This document shows positions 1-15,000 of a DNA stretch of 64,000 bases, one piece after another (positions within the stretch are counted from its first letter, which is position 1; each line of letters begins with the position of its first letter). The notes beneath the pieces were generated by a model. It saw only the letters and a program-made list of their open reading frames with translations. It did not search any database and was not told the origin of the DNA. The stretch is from the human T2T-CHM13v2.0 reference genome, Homo sapiens, in the NCBI GenBank assembly GCA_009914755.4, contig CP086569.2:28640001-28704000 (forward strand), written 5' to 3'. Both the position numbers and the translations under genes were made by a program.

Positions 1-3000
1 TGGAATGGAAAGTGTTGAGATAGAATGGAATGGACTCGTTTGGAATGGTCTAGTATGCAATGCAATCGACTGGCAGGGAATCAAAAGGAATGTAATCGAA
101 TGGATTGGACTGGAATGCAATGGACTCGAATAGATTGGAAACGGAATGCAAAGGAATGGAATGGAATAGTATGGAATGGAATGGAAAGGAATGGAGTGGG
201 ATAGACTAGAGTGGAATAGAATGGACTCGAAAACAATGGACTGGAATGGAACTTTCTTGAATGGACTGGAATCAAACGGAATGGAATGCAATGCAATCAA
301 ATGGCATGGAATAAAACAGAGTGAAAGAGAATCAAATGGAATTGAATCGAATGGAATCGAATGGATTGGAAAGGAATAGAATGGAATGGAATGGAATTGA
401 CTCAAATGGAATGGACTAGAATGGAATGGATTCGAATGGAAGGCAAAGGAATGGAATCTATTGGAATGGACTGCAATGGAATGGAATGGAAGGGATTGGA
501 ATGGACTCGAATGGAATGGACTGCCATAGAAAGGATTCGAATGGAATGAAAAAGAATTGAATGGAATAGAACAGAATGGAATCAAATCGAATGAAATGGA
601 ATGGAATAGAAAGGAATGGAATGAAATGGAATGGAAAGGATTCGAATGGAATGCAATCGAATGGAATGGAATCGAACGGAATGGAATAAAATGGAAGAAA
701 ACTGGCAAGAAATGGAATCGAAATGAATGGAGTGTTATGGAACGGACTCAAAAGGAATTCAATGTAATAGAATGGAGTGGAGTGGACTCGAATATAATGG
801 ACTGGAATGGAATGAAATCACATGGAATGGGAACGAATGGAATGGAATGGAAAGGAATGGAATCGAATGGAAAGGAATCGAATGGAAGGGAATGAAATTG
901 AATCAACAGGAATGGAAGGGAATAGAATAGACGGTAATGGAATGGACTCGAATAGAATGGACACGAATGCTCAAATTGAATGGACTCGAATGGAATGGAA
1001 ACGAAAGGAATGTCATCGAATGGAATTGAATCGATTGGAATGAAATCGCATAGAATGGAGTGGAACCAAATGGGATTGAATCGAAAGGAAAGGAAGCGAA
1101 TGGACTGAAATGAAATGGAATGGAATTGAATGGAAAGTAATGCAATGGAATAGAATGGAACGAAATTTCACGGAATGGAATCAAACTGAATGGAATCAAA
1201 TCAATGGAATATAATCAAATGGAATGGAAAGGAATTGAATGGAGTAGATGGGATTGGATGGGATTGGAATGAAATGTACTGGAAAGGACTCGAATTTTAT
1301 GAAACGGAATGGAATGAATTGGAACGGAATGGACTCGAATGGAATGGAATGTCATGGAATGGCATCAAATGGAATGGAATCGAATGCAATGGAATGCTAT
1401 GGAATGGAATGGAATGCATTGGAATGGAACGTCCTATAATGGAATGGATTCGAGTGGAATGGAATCGAATATAATGCAGTCGAATGAAATGGAATTGAAA
1501 GGAATGGGATCGAATACAATGGAATATAGCGGAATGTAATGTAATGAACTCGAATGTAATTGACTGGAATGGAATGTACATGAATGGAATGTAATCGAAT
1601 GGAAAGTAATCCAATGGAATAGAATCTAATGCAATAAAATCGACTCAGATAGAGTAGAATGTAATGGAATGGAGTGCAGTGCAATGGAATGGAATGGAAT
1701 GGAATGCAATGGAATGGAATGGAATGGAATGGAATGGAATGGGATGGAATGGTATGGAATGGATAGTAATGGACTGGAGTGAAATGGACTGGAAAGGAAT
1801 GGACTCAAATTGAAAGGGCTCGAAAGGAATGGGGTCAAATGGAATGGTCTGGAATGGAATGAACACGAATGTAATGCAATCCAATAGAATGGAATCGAAT
1901 GGCATGGAATATAAAGAAATGGAATCAAAGAGAACGGAAACAAACGGAATGGAATTGAATGGAATGGAATTGAATGGAATGGGAACGAATGGAGTGAAAT
2001 TGTATGCAGTAGAAGAGAATAGAATGGAATGCAAGCGAAAGGAAAGGAATGGATTGGAATGGAATGGAATTCATTGGAATGGAAGGGAATGTAGTGTAAT
2101 GGACAGGCCTGGAATAAAGTGGAATGCTACGGTTTCGAATGGAATAAAAATGTATGGAATGGAATGCAATGAAACGGAATCGAATGTCATAGAATGTAAT
2201 GGAATGCAAAAAAATGGAATCCAAAATCATTGACTGGAAAGGCTGGGTGTCGAAAGGAATTGACTCCAATGGAATGGAATCGAATGGAATGGAAGTGAAT
2301 AGAATCGAACTAAATCCAATGGAATGGAATTGATAGGAACGGAATGGAAAGGAATGAAATGATTTGGCATGGAATGGAATCGAATGGCATCGAATGGAAT
2401 GGAATGGAATGCAATGCAATGGAATGTATTAGAATGTAATGAATTTTAGTGGAATGTACTCGAATGGATTCGACTGGAATGGAATGTTCTGGAATTTAAT
2501 GCACTCCAATGGAATGGATTGAAAAGGAATGGAATCGTACGGAATGGAATCTAATGGAATGGAATTAAATGGAAATGAATCAAATTGAATAGCACGGAAT
2601 TGAATTGATTGGAATCGAATGCAATGGAATCTAATGAAACGGAAAGGAAAGGAATGGAACGGAATGCAATGGGCTGGAATGGAAAGGAATCGAAACGAAT
2701 GGAATGGAATCGAACTGAAGAGACTGGAATGGAATGCACTGGAATGGAAGGGAGTGTAATGGAAGGTTCTCGAAAAAAATGGAATCGAATGGAATGGAAT
2801 TGAATGGAACGGAATAGAGTCGAATGGAATTGAATGGAATGGAATGGACTAGAGTGAAATGGAATCGAACCACAAGGAATGGACAGGAATAGAATGGTCT
2901 CGAATTGAATGGAATCGTATGGAATGGCATCAAACGGAATGGAATGGACAGCCACGGAATGGAATGCACTCGAATGCAATGGAGTCGAAACTAATGGACT

Positions 3001-6000
3001 GGAATAGAATGGACTCGACTGGTACGGACTCCAATGGAATGGAATCGAATGGAAGGGAATCGAACGGAATGGACTCGAAGGGAAAAGACTGCAATGGAAA
3101 GGTCTCGAATGGAATGGAAATTAATGGAATGGAATGGAATCGAATGAAATGGAGTCAAAAGGAATGGAATCGAATGGCAAGAAATCGAATGTAATGGAAT
3201 CGCAAGGAATTGATGTCAACGGAACGGAATGGAATGGAATCCAAAGAAATGGAATAGAATGGAATGGAATCTAATGGAAAGGACTCGAATGGAAATCACT
3301 CGAATAGAATGCAATTCAATAAAATAGGATGAAATGTAATGGAATGGAATGGAAAGGAATCGAAACGAAAGGAATGGAGACAGATGGAATGGAATGGAAC
3401 AGAGAGCAATGGTATAGAATGGAATGGAATCATCTGGAATGGAATTGAATGGAATGGAATAATATGAAATGGAATGGAATGGAATGGAATGCCCTTGAAT
3501 TAAATGGACTGGAATGGAATGGACTCGAACAGAGTGGAATGGAAAGTGTTGAGATAGAATGGAATGGACTCGTTTGGAATGGTCTAGTATGCAATGCAAT
3601 CGACTGGCAGGGAATCAAAAGGAATGTAATCGAATGGATTGGACTGGAATTGAATGGACTCGAATAGATTGGAAACGGAATGCAAAGGAATGGAATGGAA
3701 TAGTATGGAATGGAATGGAAAGGAATGGAGTGGAATAGACTAGAGAAGAATGGAATGGACTCGAAAGCAATGGACTGGAATGGAACTTTCTTGAATGGAC
3801 TGGAATCAAACGGAATGGAATGCAATGCAATCAAATGGCATGGAATAAAATAGAATGAAAGAGAATCAAATGGAATTGAATCGAATGGAATCGAATGGAT
3901 TGGAAAGGAATAGAATGGAATGGAATGGAATTGATTCAAATGGAATGGACTAGAATGGAATGGATTCGAATGGAAGGCAAAGGAATGGAATCTATTGGAA
4001 TGGACTGCAATGGAATGGAATGGAAGGGATTGGAATGGACTCGAATGGAATGGACTGCAATAGAAAGGATTCGAATGGCATGAAAAAGAATTGAATGTAA
4101 TAGAACAGAATGGAATCAAATCGAATGAAATGGAATGGAATAGAAAGGAATGGAATGAAATGGAATGGAAAGGATTCGAATGGAATGCAATCGAATGGAA
4201 TGGAATCGAACGGAATGGAATAAAATGGAAGCAAACTGGCAAGAAATGGAATCGAAATGAATGGAGTGTTATGGATCGGACTCAAAAGGAATTGAATGTA
4301 ATAGAATGGAGTGGAGTGGACTCGAATATAATGGACTGGAATGGAATGAAATCACATGGAATGGGAACGAATGGAATGGAATGGAAAGGAATGGAATCGA
4401 ATGGAAAGGAATCGAATGGAAGGGAATGAAATTGAATCAACAGGAATGGAAGGGAATAGAATAGACGGTAATGGAATGGACTCGAATAGAATGGACACGA
4501 ATGCTCAAATTGAATGGACTCGAATGGAATGGAAACGAAAGGAATGTCATCGAATGGAATTGAATCGATTGGAATGAAATCGCATAGAATGGAGTGGAAC
4601 CAAATGGGATTGAATCGAAAGGAAAGGAAGCGAATGGACTGAAATGAAATGGAATGGAATTGAATGGAAAGTAATGCAATGGAATAGAATGGAACGAAAT
4701 TTCACGGAATGGAATCAAACTGAATGGAATCAAATCAATGGAATATAATCAAATGGAATGGAAAGGAATTGAATGGAGTAGATGGGATTGGATGGGATTG
4801 GAATGAAATGTACTGGAAAGGACTCGAATTTTATGAAACGGAATGGAATGAATTGGAACGGAATGGACTCGAATGGAATGGAATGTCATGGAATGGCATC
4901 AAATGGAATGGAATCGAATGCAATGGAATGCTATGGAATGGAATGGAATGCATTGGAATGGAACGTCCTATAATGGAATGGATTCGAGTGGAATGGAATC
5001 GAATATAATGCAGTCGAATGAAATGGAATTGAAAGGAATGGGATCGAATACAATGGAATATAGCGGAATGTAATGTAATGAACTCGAATGTAATTGACTG
5101 GAATGGAATGTACATGAATGGAATGTAATCGAATGGAAAGTAATCCAATGGAATAGAATCTAATGCAATAAAATCGACTCAGATAGAGTAGAATGTAATG
5201 GAATGGAGTGCAGTGCAATGGAATGGAATGGAATGGAATGCAATGGAATGGAATGGAATGGAATGGAATGGAATGGGATGGAATGGTATGGAATGGATAG
5301 TAATGGACTGGAGTGAAATGGACTGGAAAGGAATGGACTCAAATTGAAAGGGCTCGAAAGGAATGGGGTCAAATGGAATGGTCTGGAATGGAATGAACAC
5401 GAATGTAATGCAATCCAATAGAATGGAATCGAATGGCATGGAATATAAAGAAATGGAATCAAAGAGAACGGAAACAAACGGAATGGAATTGAATGGAATG
5501 GAATTGAATGGAATGGGAACGAATGGAGTGAAATTGTATGCAGTAGAAGAGAATAGAATGGAATGCAAGCGAAAGGAAAGGAATGGATTGGAATGGAATG
5601 GAATTCATTGGAATGGAAGGGAATGTAGTGTAATGGACAGGCCTGGAATAAAGTGGAATGCTACGGTTTCGAATGGAATAAAAATGTATGGAATGGAATG
5701 CAATGAAACGGAATCGAATGTCATAGAATGTAATGGAATGCAAAAAAATGGAATCCAAAATCATTGACTGGAAAGGCTGGGTGTCGAAAGGAATTGACTC
5801 CAATGGAATGGAATCGAATGGAATGGAAGTGAATAGAATCGAACTAAATCCAATGGAATGGAATTGATAGGAACGGAATGGAAAGGAATGAAATGATTTG
5901 GCATGGAATGGAATCGAATGGCATCGAATGGAATGGAATGGAATGCAATGCAATGGAATGTATTAGAATGTAATGAATTTTAGTGGAATGTACTCGAATG

Positions 6001-9000
6001 GATTCGACTGGAATGGAATGTTCTGGAATTTAATGCACTCCAATGGAATGGATTGAAAAGGAATGGAATCGTACGGAATGGAATCTAATGGAATGGAATT
6101 AAATGGAAATGAATCAAATTGAATAGCACGGAATTGAATTGAATGGAATCGAATGCAATGGAATCTAATGAAACGGAAAGGAAAGGAATGGAACGGAATG
6201 CAATGGGCTGGAATGGAAAGGAATCGAAACGAATGGAATGGAATCGAACTGAAGAGACTGGAATGGAATGCACTGGAATGGAAGGGAGTGTAATGGAAGG
6301 TTCTCGAAAAAAATGGAATCGAATGGAATGGAATTGAATGGAACGGAATAGAGTCGAATGGAATTGAATGGAATGGAATGGACTAGAGTGAAATGGAATC
6401 GAACCACAAGGAATGGACAGGAATAGAATGGTCTCGAATTGAATGGAATCGTATGGAATGGCATCAAACGGAATGGAATGGACAGCCACGGAATGGAATG
6501 CACTCGAATGCAATGGAGTCGAAACTAATGGACTGGAATAGAATGGACTCGACTGGTACGGACTCCAATGGAATGGAATCGAATGGAAGGGAATCGAACG
6601 GAATGGACTCGAAGGGAAAAGACTGCAATGGAAAGGTCTCGAATGGAATGGAAATTAATGGAATGGAATGGAATCGAATGAAATGGAGTCAAAAGGAATG
6701 GAATCGAATGGCAAGAAATCGAATGTAATGGAATCGCAAGGAATTGATGTCAACGGAACGGAATGGAATGGAATCCAAAGAAATGGAATAGAATGGAATG
6801 GAATCTAATGGAAAGGACTCGAATGGAAATCACTCGAATAGAATGCAATTCAATAAAATAGGATGAAATGTAATGGAATGGAATGGAAAGGAATCGAAAC
6901 GAAAGGAATGGAGACAGATGGAATGGAATGGAACAGAGAGCAATGGTATAGAATGGAATGGAATCATCTGGAATGGAATTGAATGGAATGGAATAATATG
7001 AAATGGAATGGAATGGAATGGAATGCCCTTGAATTAAATGGACTGGAATGGAATGGACTCGAACAGAGTGGAATGGAAAGTGTTGAGATAGAATGGAATG
7101 GACTCGTTTGGAATGGTCTAGTATGCAATGCAATCGACTGGCAGGGAATCAAAAGGAATGTAATCGAATGGATTGGACTGGAATGCAATGGACTCGAATA
7201 GATTGGAAACGGAATGCAAAGGAATGGAATGGAATAGTATGGAATGGAATGGAAAGGAATGGAGTGGAATAGACTAGAGAAGAATGGAATGGACTCGAAA
7301 GCAATGGACTGGAATGGAACTTTCTTGAATGGACTGGAATCAAACGGAATGGAATGCAATGCAATCAAATGGCATGGAATAAAATAGAATGAAAGAGAAT
7401 CAAATGGAATTGAATCGAATGGAATCGAATGGATTGGAAAGGAATAGAATGGAATGGAATGGAATTGATTCAAATGGAATGGACTAGAATGGAATGGATT
7501 CGAATGGAAGGCAAAGGAATGGAATCTATTGGAATGGACTGCAATGGAATGGAATGGAAGGGATTGGAATGGACTCGAATGGAATGGACTGCAATAGAAA
7601 GGATTCGAATGGCATGAAAAAGAATTGAATGTAATAGAACAGAATGGAATCAAATCGAATGAAATGGAATGGAATAGAAAGGAATGGAATGAAATGGAAT
7701 GGAAAGGATTCGAATGGAATGCAATCGAATGGAATGGAATCGAACGGAATGGAATAAAATGGAAGCAAACTGGCAAGAAATGGAATCGAAATGAATGGAG
7801 TGTTATGGATCGGACTCAAAAGGAATTGAATGTAATAGAATGGAGTGGAGTGGACTCGAATATAATGGACTGGAATGGAATGAAATCACATGGAATGGGA
7901 ACGAATGGAATGGAATGGAAAGGAATGGAATCGAATGGAAAGGAATCGAATGGAAGGGAATGAAATTGAATCAACAGGAATGGAAGGGAATAGAATAGAC
8001 GGTAATGGAATGGACTCGAATAGAATGGACACGAATGCTCAAATTGAATGGACTCGAATGGAATGGAAACGAAAGGAATGTCATCGAATGGAATTGAATC
8101 GATTGGAATGAAATCGCATAGAATGGAGTGGAATCAAATGGAATTGAATCGAAAGGAAAGGAAGCGAATGGACTGAAATGAAATGGAATGGAATTGAATG
8201 GAAAGTAATGCAATGGAATAGAATGGAACGAAATTTCACGGAATGGAATCAAACTGAATGGAATCAAATCAATGGAATCTAATCAAATGGAATGGAAAGG
8301 AATTGAATGGAGTAGATGGGAATGGATGGGATTGGAATGAAATGTACTGGAAAGGACTCGAATTTCATGAAACGGAATGGAATGAATTGGAATGGAATGG
8401 ACTCGAATGGAATGGAATGTCATGGAATGGCATCAAATGGAATGGCATCAAATGGAATGGAATCGAATGCAATGGAATGCTATGGAATGGAATGGAATGC
8501 ATTGGAATGGAATGTCCTCTAATGGAATGGATTCGAGTGGAATGGAATCGAATATAAAGGAGTCGAATGAAATGGAATTGAAAGGAATGGGATCGAATAC
8601 AATGGAATATACTGGAATGTAATGTAATGAACTCGAATGTAATTGACTGGAATGGAATGTACATGAATGGAATGTAATCGAATGGAAAGTAATCCAATGG
8701 AATAGAATCTAATGCAATAAAATCGATTCAGATAGAGTAGAATGTAATGGAATGGAGTGCAGTGCAATGGAATGGAATGGAATGGAATGCAATGGAATGG
8801 AATGGAATGCAATGGAATGGGATGGAATGGTATGGAATGGATAGTAATGGACAGGAGTGAAATGGACTGGAAAGGAATGGACTCAAATTTAAAGGGCTCG
8901 AAAGGAATGGAGTCAAATGGAATGGTCTGGAATGGAATGAACACGAATGTAATGCAATCCAAGAGAATGGAATCGAATGGCATGGAATATAAAGAAATGG

Positions 9001-12000
9001 AATCGAAGAGAATGGAAACAAACGGAATGGAATTGAATGGAATGGAATTGAATGGAATGGGAACGAATGGAGTGAAATTGTATGCAGTAGAAGAGAATAG
9101 AATGGAATGCAAGCGAAAGGAAAGGAATGGATTGGAATGGAATGGAATTCATTGGAATGGAAGGGAATGTAGTGTAATGGACAGGCCTGGAATAAAGTGG
9201 AATGCTACGGTCTCGAATGGAATAAAAATGTATGGAACGGAATGCAATGAAACGGAATCGAATGTCATAGAATGTAATGGAATGCAAAAAAATGGACTCC
9301 TAAATCATTGACTGGAAAGGCTGGGTTTCGAAAGGAATTGACTCCAATGGAATGGAATCGAATGGAATGGAAGTGAATAGAATCGAACTAAATCGAATGG
9401 AATGGAATTGATAGGAACGGAATGGAAAGGAATGAAATGATTTGGCATGGAATGGAATCGAATGGCATCGAATGGAATGGAATGGAATGCAAAGCAATGG
9501 AATGTATTAGAATGTAATGAACTTTAATGGAATGTACTCGAATGGATTCGACTGGAATGGAATGTTCTGGAAGTGAATGCACTCCAATGGAATGGATCCA
9601 AAAGGAATGGAATCATACAGAATGGAATCTAATGGAATGGAATTAAATGGAAATGAATCAAATTGAATAGCACGGAATTGAATTGAATGGAATCGAATGC
9701 AATGGAATCTAATGAAACGGAAAGGAAAGGAATGGAATGGAATGGAATGGGCTGGAATGGAAAGGAATCGAAACGAATGGAATGGAATCGATCTGAAGAG
9801 ACTGGAATGGAATGCACTGGAATGGAAGGGAGTGTAATGGAAGGTTCTCGAAAAACATGGAATCGAATGGAATGGAATTGAATGGAACGGAATAGACTCG
9901 AATGGAATTGAATGGAATGGAATGGACTAGAGTGAAATGGAATCGTATGGAATGACATCAAACGGAATGGAATGTACAGCCACGGAATGGAATGCACTCG
10001 AATGCAATGGAGTCGAAACTAATGGACTGGAGTAGAATGGACTCGACTGGTACGGACTCCAATGGAATGGAATAGAATGGAAGGGAATCGAACGGAATGG
10101 ACTCGAAGGGAAAAGACTGCAATGGAAAGGTCTCGAATGGAATGGAAATTAATGGAATGGAATGGAATCGAATGAAATGGAGTCAAAAGGAATGGAATCG
10201 AATGGCAAGAAATCGAATGTAATGGAATCGCAAGGAATGGATGTGAACGGAACGGAATGGAATGGAATCCAAAGGAATGGAATAGAATGGAATGGAATCG
10301 AATGGAAAGGACTCGAATGGAAATCACTCGAATAGAATGCAATTTAATAAAATAGGATGAAATGTAATGGAATGGAATGGAAAGGAATCGAAACGAAAGG
10401 AATGGAGACAGATGGAATGGAATGGAACAGAGAGCAATGGTATAGAATGGAATGGAATCATCTGGAATGGAATTGAATGGAATGGAATAATATGAAATGG
10501 AATGGAATGGAATGGAATGCCCTTGAATTAAATGGACTGGAATGGAATGGACTCGAACAGAGTGGAATGGAAAGTGTTGAGATGGAATGGAATGGACTCG
10601 TTTGGAATGGTCTAGTATGCAATGCAATCGACTGGCAGGGAATCAAAAGGAATGTAATCGAATGGATTGGACTGGAATGCAATGGACTCGAATACATTGG
10701 AAACGGAATGCAAAGGAATGGAATGGAATAGTATGGAATGGAATGGAAAGGAATGGAGTGGAATAGACTAGAGTGGAATGGAATGGACTCGAAAGCAATG
10801 GACTGGAATGGAACTTTCTTGAATGGACTGGAATCAAACGGAATGGAATGCAATGCAATCAAATGGCATGGGATAAAATAGAATGAAAGAGAATCAAATG
10901 GAATTGAATCGAATGGAATCGAATGGATTGGAAAGGAATAGAATGGAATGGAATGGAATTGATTCACATGGAATGGACTAGAATGGAATGGATTCGAATG
11001 GAAGGCAAAGGAATGGAATCTATTGGAATGGACTGCAATGGAATGGAATGGAAGGGATTGGAATGGACTCGAATGGAATGGACTGCAATAGAAAGGATTC
11101 GAATGGCATGAAAAAGAATTGAATGGAATAGAACAGAATGGAATCAAATCGAATGAAATGGAATGGAATAGAAAGGAATGGAATGAAATGGAATGGAAAG
11201 GATTCGAATGGAATGCAATCGAATGGAATGGAATCGAACGGAATGGAATAAAATGGAAGCAAACTGGCAAGTAATGGAATCGAAATGAATGGAGTGTTAT
11301 GGATCGGACTCAAAATGAATTGAATGTAATAGAATGGAGTGGAGTGGACTCGAATATAATGGACTGGAATGGAATGAAATCACATGGAATGGGAACGAAT
11401 GGAATGGAATGGAAAGGAATGGAATCGAATGGAAAGGAATCGAATGGAAGGGAATGAAATTGAATCAACAGGAATGGAAGGGAATAGAATAGACGGTAAT
11501 GGAATGGACTCGAATAGAATGGACACGAATGCTCAAATTGAATGGACTCGAATGGAATGGAAACGAAAGGAATGTCATCGAATGGAATTGAATCGATTGG
11601 AATGAAATCGCATAAAATGGAGTGGTATCAAATGGAATTGAATCGAAAGGAAAGGAAGCGAATGGACTGAAATGAAATGGAATGGAATTGAATGGAAAGT
11701 AATGCAATGGAATAGAATGGAACGAAATTTCACGGAATGGAATCAAACTGAATGGAATCAAATCAATGGAATATAATCAAATGGAATGGAAAGGAATTGA
11801 ATGGAGTAGATGGGATTGGATGGGATTGGAATGAAATGTACTGGAAAGGACTCGAATTTCATGAAACGGAATGGAATGAATTGGAATGGAATGGACTCGA
11901 ATGGAATGGAATGTCATGGAATGGCATCAAATGGAATGGCATCAAATGGAATGGAATCGAATGCAATGGAATGCTATGGAATGGAATGGAATGCATTGGA

Positions 12001-15000
12001 ATGGAATGTCCTCTAATGGAATGGATTCGAGTGGAATGGAATCGAATATAATGGAGTCGAATGAAATGGAATTGAAAGGAATGGGATCGAATACAATGGA
12101 ATATACTGGAATGTAATGTAATGAACTCGAATGTAATTGACTGGAATGGAATGTACATGAATGGAATGTAATCGAATGGAAAGTAATCCAATGGAATAGA
12201 ATCTAATGCAATAAAATCGATTCAGATAGAGTAGAATGTAATGGAATGGAGTGCAGTGCAATGGAATGGAATGGAATGGAATGCAATGGAATGGAATGGA
12301 ATGCAATGGAATGGGATGGAATGGTATGGAATGGATAGTAATGGACTGGAGTGAAATGGACTGGAAAGGAATGGACTGAAATTGAAAGGGCTCGAAAGGA
12401 ATGGAGTCAAATGGAATGGTCTGGAATGGAATGAACACGAATGTAATGCAATCCAAGAGAATGGAATCGAATGGCATGGAATATAAAGAAATGGAATCGA
12501 AGAGAATGGAAACAAACGGAATGGAATTGAATGGAATGGAATTGAATGGAATGGGAACGAATGGAGTGAAATTGTATGCAGTAGAAGAGAATAGAATGGA
12601 ATGCAAGCGAAAGGAAAGGAATGGATTGGAATGGAATGGAATTCATTGGAATGGAATGGAATTCATTGGAATGGAAGGGAATGTAGTGTAATGGACAGGC
12701 CTGGAATAAAGTGGAATGCTACGGTCTCGAATGGAATAAAAATGTATGGAATGGAATGCAATGAAACGGAATCGAATGTCATAGAATGTAATGGAATGCA
12801 AAAAAATGGAATCCAAAATCATTGACTGGAAAGGCTGGGTTTCGAAAGGAATTGACTCCAATGGAATGGAATCGAATGGAATGGAAGTGAATAGAATCGA
12901 ACTAAATCGAATGGAATGGAATTGATAGGAACGGAATGGAAAGGAATGAAATGATTTGGCATGGAATGGAATCGAATGGCATCGAATGGAATGGAATGGA
13001 ATGCAATGGAATGGAATGTATTAGAATGTAATGAACTTTAATGGAATGTACTCGAATGGATTCGACTGGAATGGAATGTTCTGTAAGTGAATGCACTCCA
13101 ATGGAATGGATCCAAAAGGAATGGAATCATACAGAATGGAATCTAATGGAATGGAATTAAATGGAAATGAATCAAATTGAATAGCACGGAATTGAATTGA
13201 ATGGAATCGAATGCAATTGAATCTAATGAAACGGAAAGGAAAGGAATGGAATGGAATGGAATGGGCTGGAATGGAAAGGAATCGAAACGAATGGAATGGA
13301 ATCGAACTGAAGAGACTGGAATGGAATGCACTGGAATGGAAGGGAGTGTAATGGAAGGTTCTCGAAAAACATGGAATCGAATGGAATGGAATTGAATGGA
13401 ACGGAATAGAGTCGAATGGAATTGAATGGAATGGAATGGACTAGAGTGAAATGGAATCGTATGGAATGGCATCAAACGGAATGGAATGGACAGCCACGGA
13501 ATGGAATGCACTCGAATGCAATGGAGTCGAAACTAATGGACTGGAGTAGAATGGACTCGACTGGTACGGACTCCAATGGAATGGAATCGAATGGAAGGGA
13601 ATCGAACGGAATGGACTCGAAGGGAAAAGACTGCAATGGAAAGGCCTCGAATGGAATGGAAATTAATGGAATGGAATGGAATCGAATGAAATGGAGTCAA
13701 AAGGAATGGAATCGAATGGCAAGAAATCGAATGTAATGGAATCGCAAGGAATTGATGTGAACGGAACGGAATGGAATGGAATCCAAAGAAATGGAATAGA
13801 ATGGAATGGAATCGAATGGAAAGGACTCGAATGGAAATCACACGAATAGAATGCAATTTAATAAAATAGGATGAAATGTAATGGAATGGAATGGAAAGGA
13901 ATCGAAACGAAAGGAATGGAGACAGATGGAATGGAATGGAACAGAGAGCAATGGTATAGAATGGAATGGAATCATCTGGAATGGAATTGAATGGAATGGA
14001 ATAATATGAAATGGAATGGAATGGAATGGAATGCCCTTGAATTAAATGGACTGGAATGGAATGGACTCGAACAGAGTGGAATGGAAAGTGTTGAGATAGA
14101 ATGGAATGGACTCGTTTGGAATGGTCTAGTATGCAATGCAATCGACTGGCAGGGAATCAAAAGGAATGTAATCGAATGGATTGGACTGGAATGCAATGGA
14201 CTCGAATAGATTGGAAACGGAATGCAAAGGAATGGAATGGAATAGTATGGAATGGAATGGAAAGGAATGGAGTGGAATAGACTAGAGTGGAATGGAATGG
14301 ACTCGAAAGCAATGGACTGGAATGGAACTTTCTTGAATGGACTGGAATCAAACGGAATGGAATGCAATGCAATCAAATGGCATGGAATAAAATAGAATGA
14401 AAGAGAATCAAATGGAATTGAATCGAATGGAATCGAATGGATTGGAAAGGAATAGAATGGAATGGAATGGAATTGACTCAAATGGAATGGACTAGAATGG
14501 AATGGATTCGAATGGAAGGCAAAGGAATGGAATCTATTGGAATGGACTGCAATGGAATGGAATGTATTAGAATGTAATGAACTTTAATGGAATGTACTCG
14601 AATGGATTCGACTGGAATGGAATGTTCTGGAAGTGAATGGACTCCAATGGAATGGATTCGAAAGGAATGGAATCGAACAGAATGGAATCTAATGGACTGG
14701 AATTAAATGGAAATGAATCAAATTGAATAACACGGAATTGAATTGAATGGAATCGAATGCAATGGAATCTAATGAAACGGAAAGGAAAGGAATGGAATGG
14801 AATGGAATGGGCTGGAATGGAATGGAATCGAAACGAATGGAATGGAATCGAACTGAAGAGACTGGAATGGAATGCACTGGAATGGAAGGGAGTGTAATGG
14901 AAGGTTCTCGAAAAAAATGGAATCGAATGGAATGGAATTGAATGGAACGGAATAGAGTCGAATGGAATTGAATGGAATGGAATGGATTAGAGTGAAATGG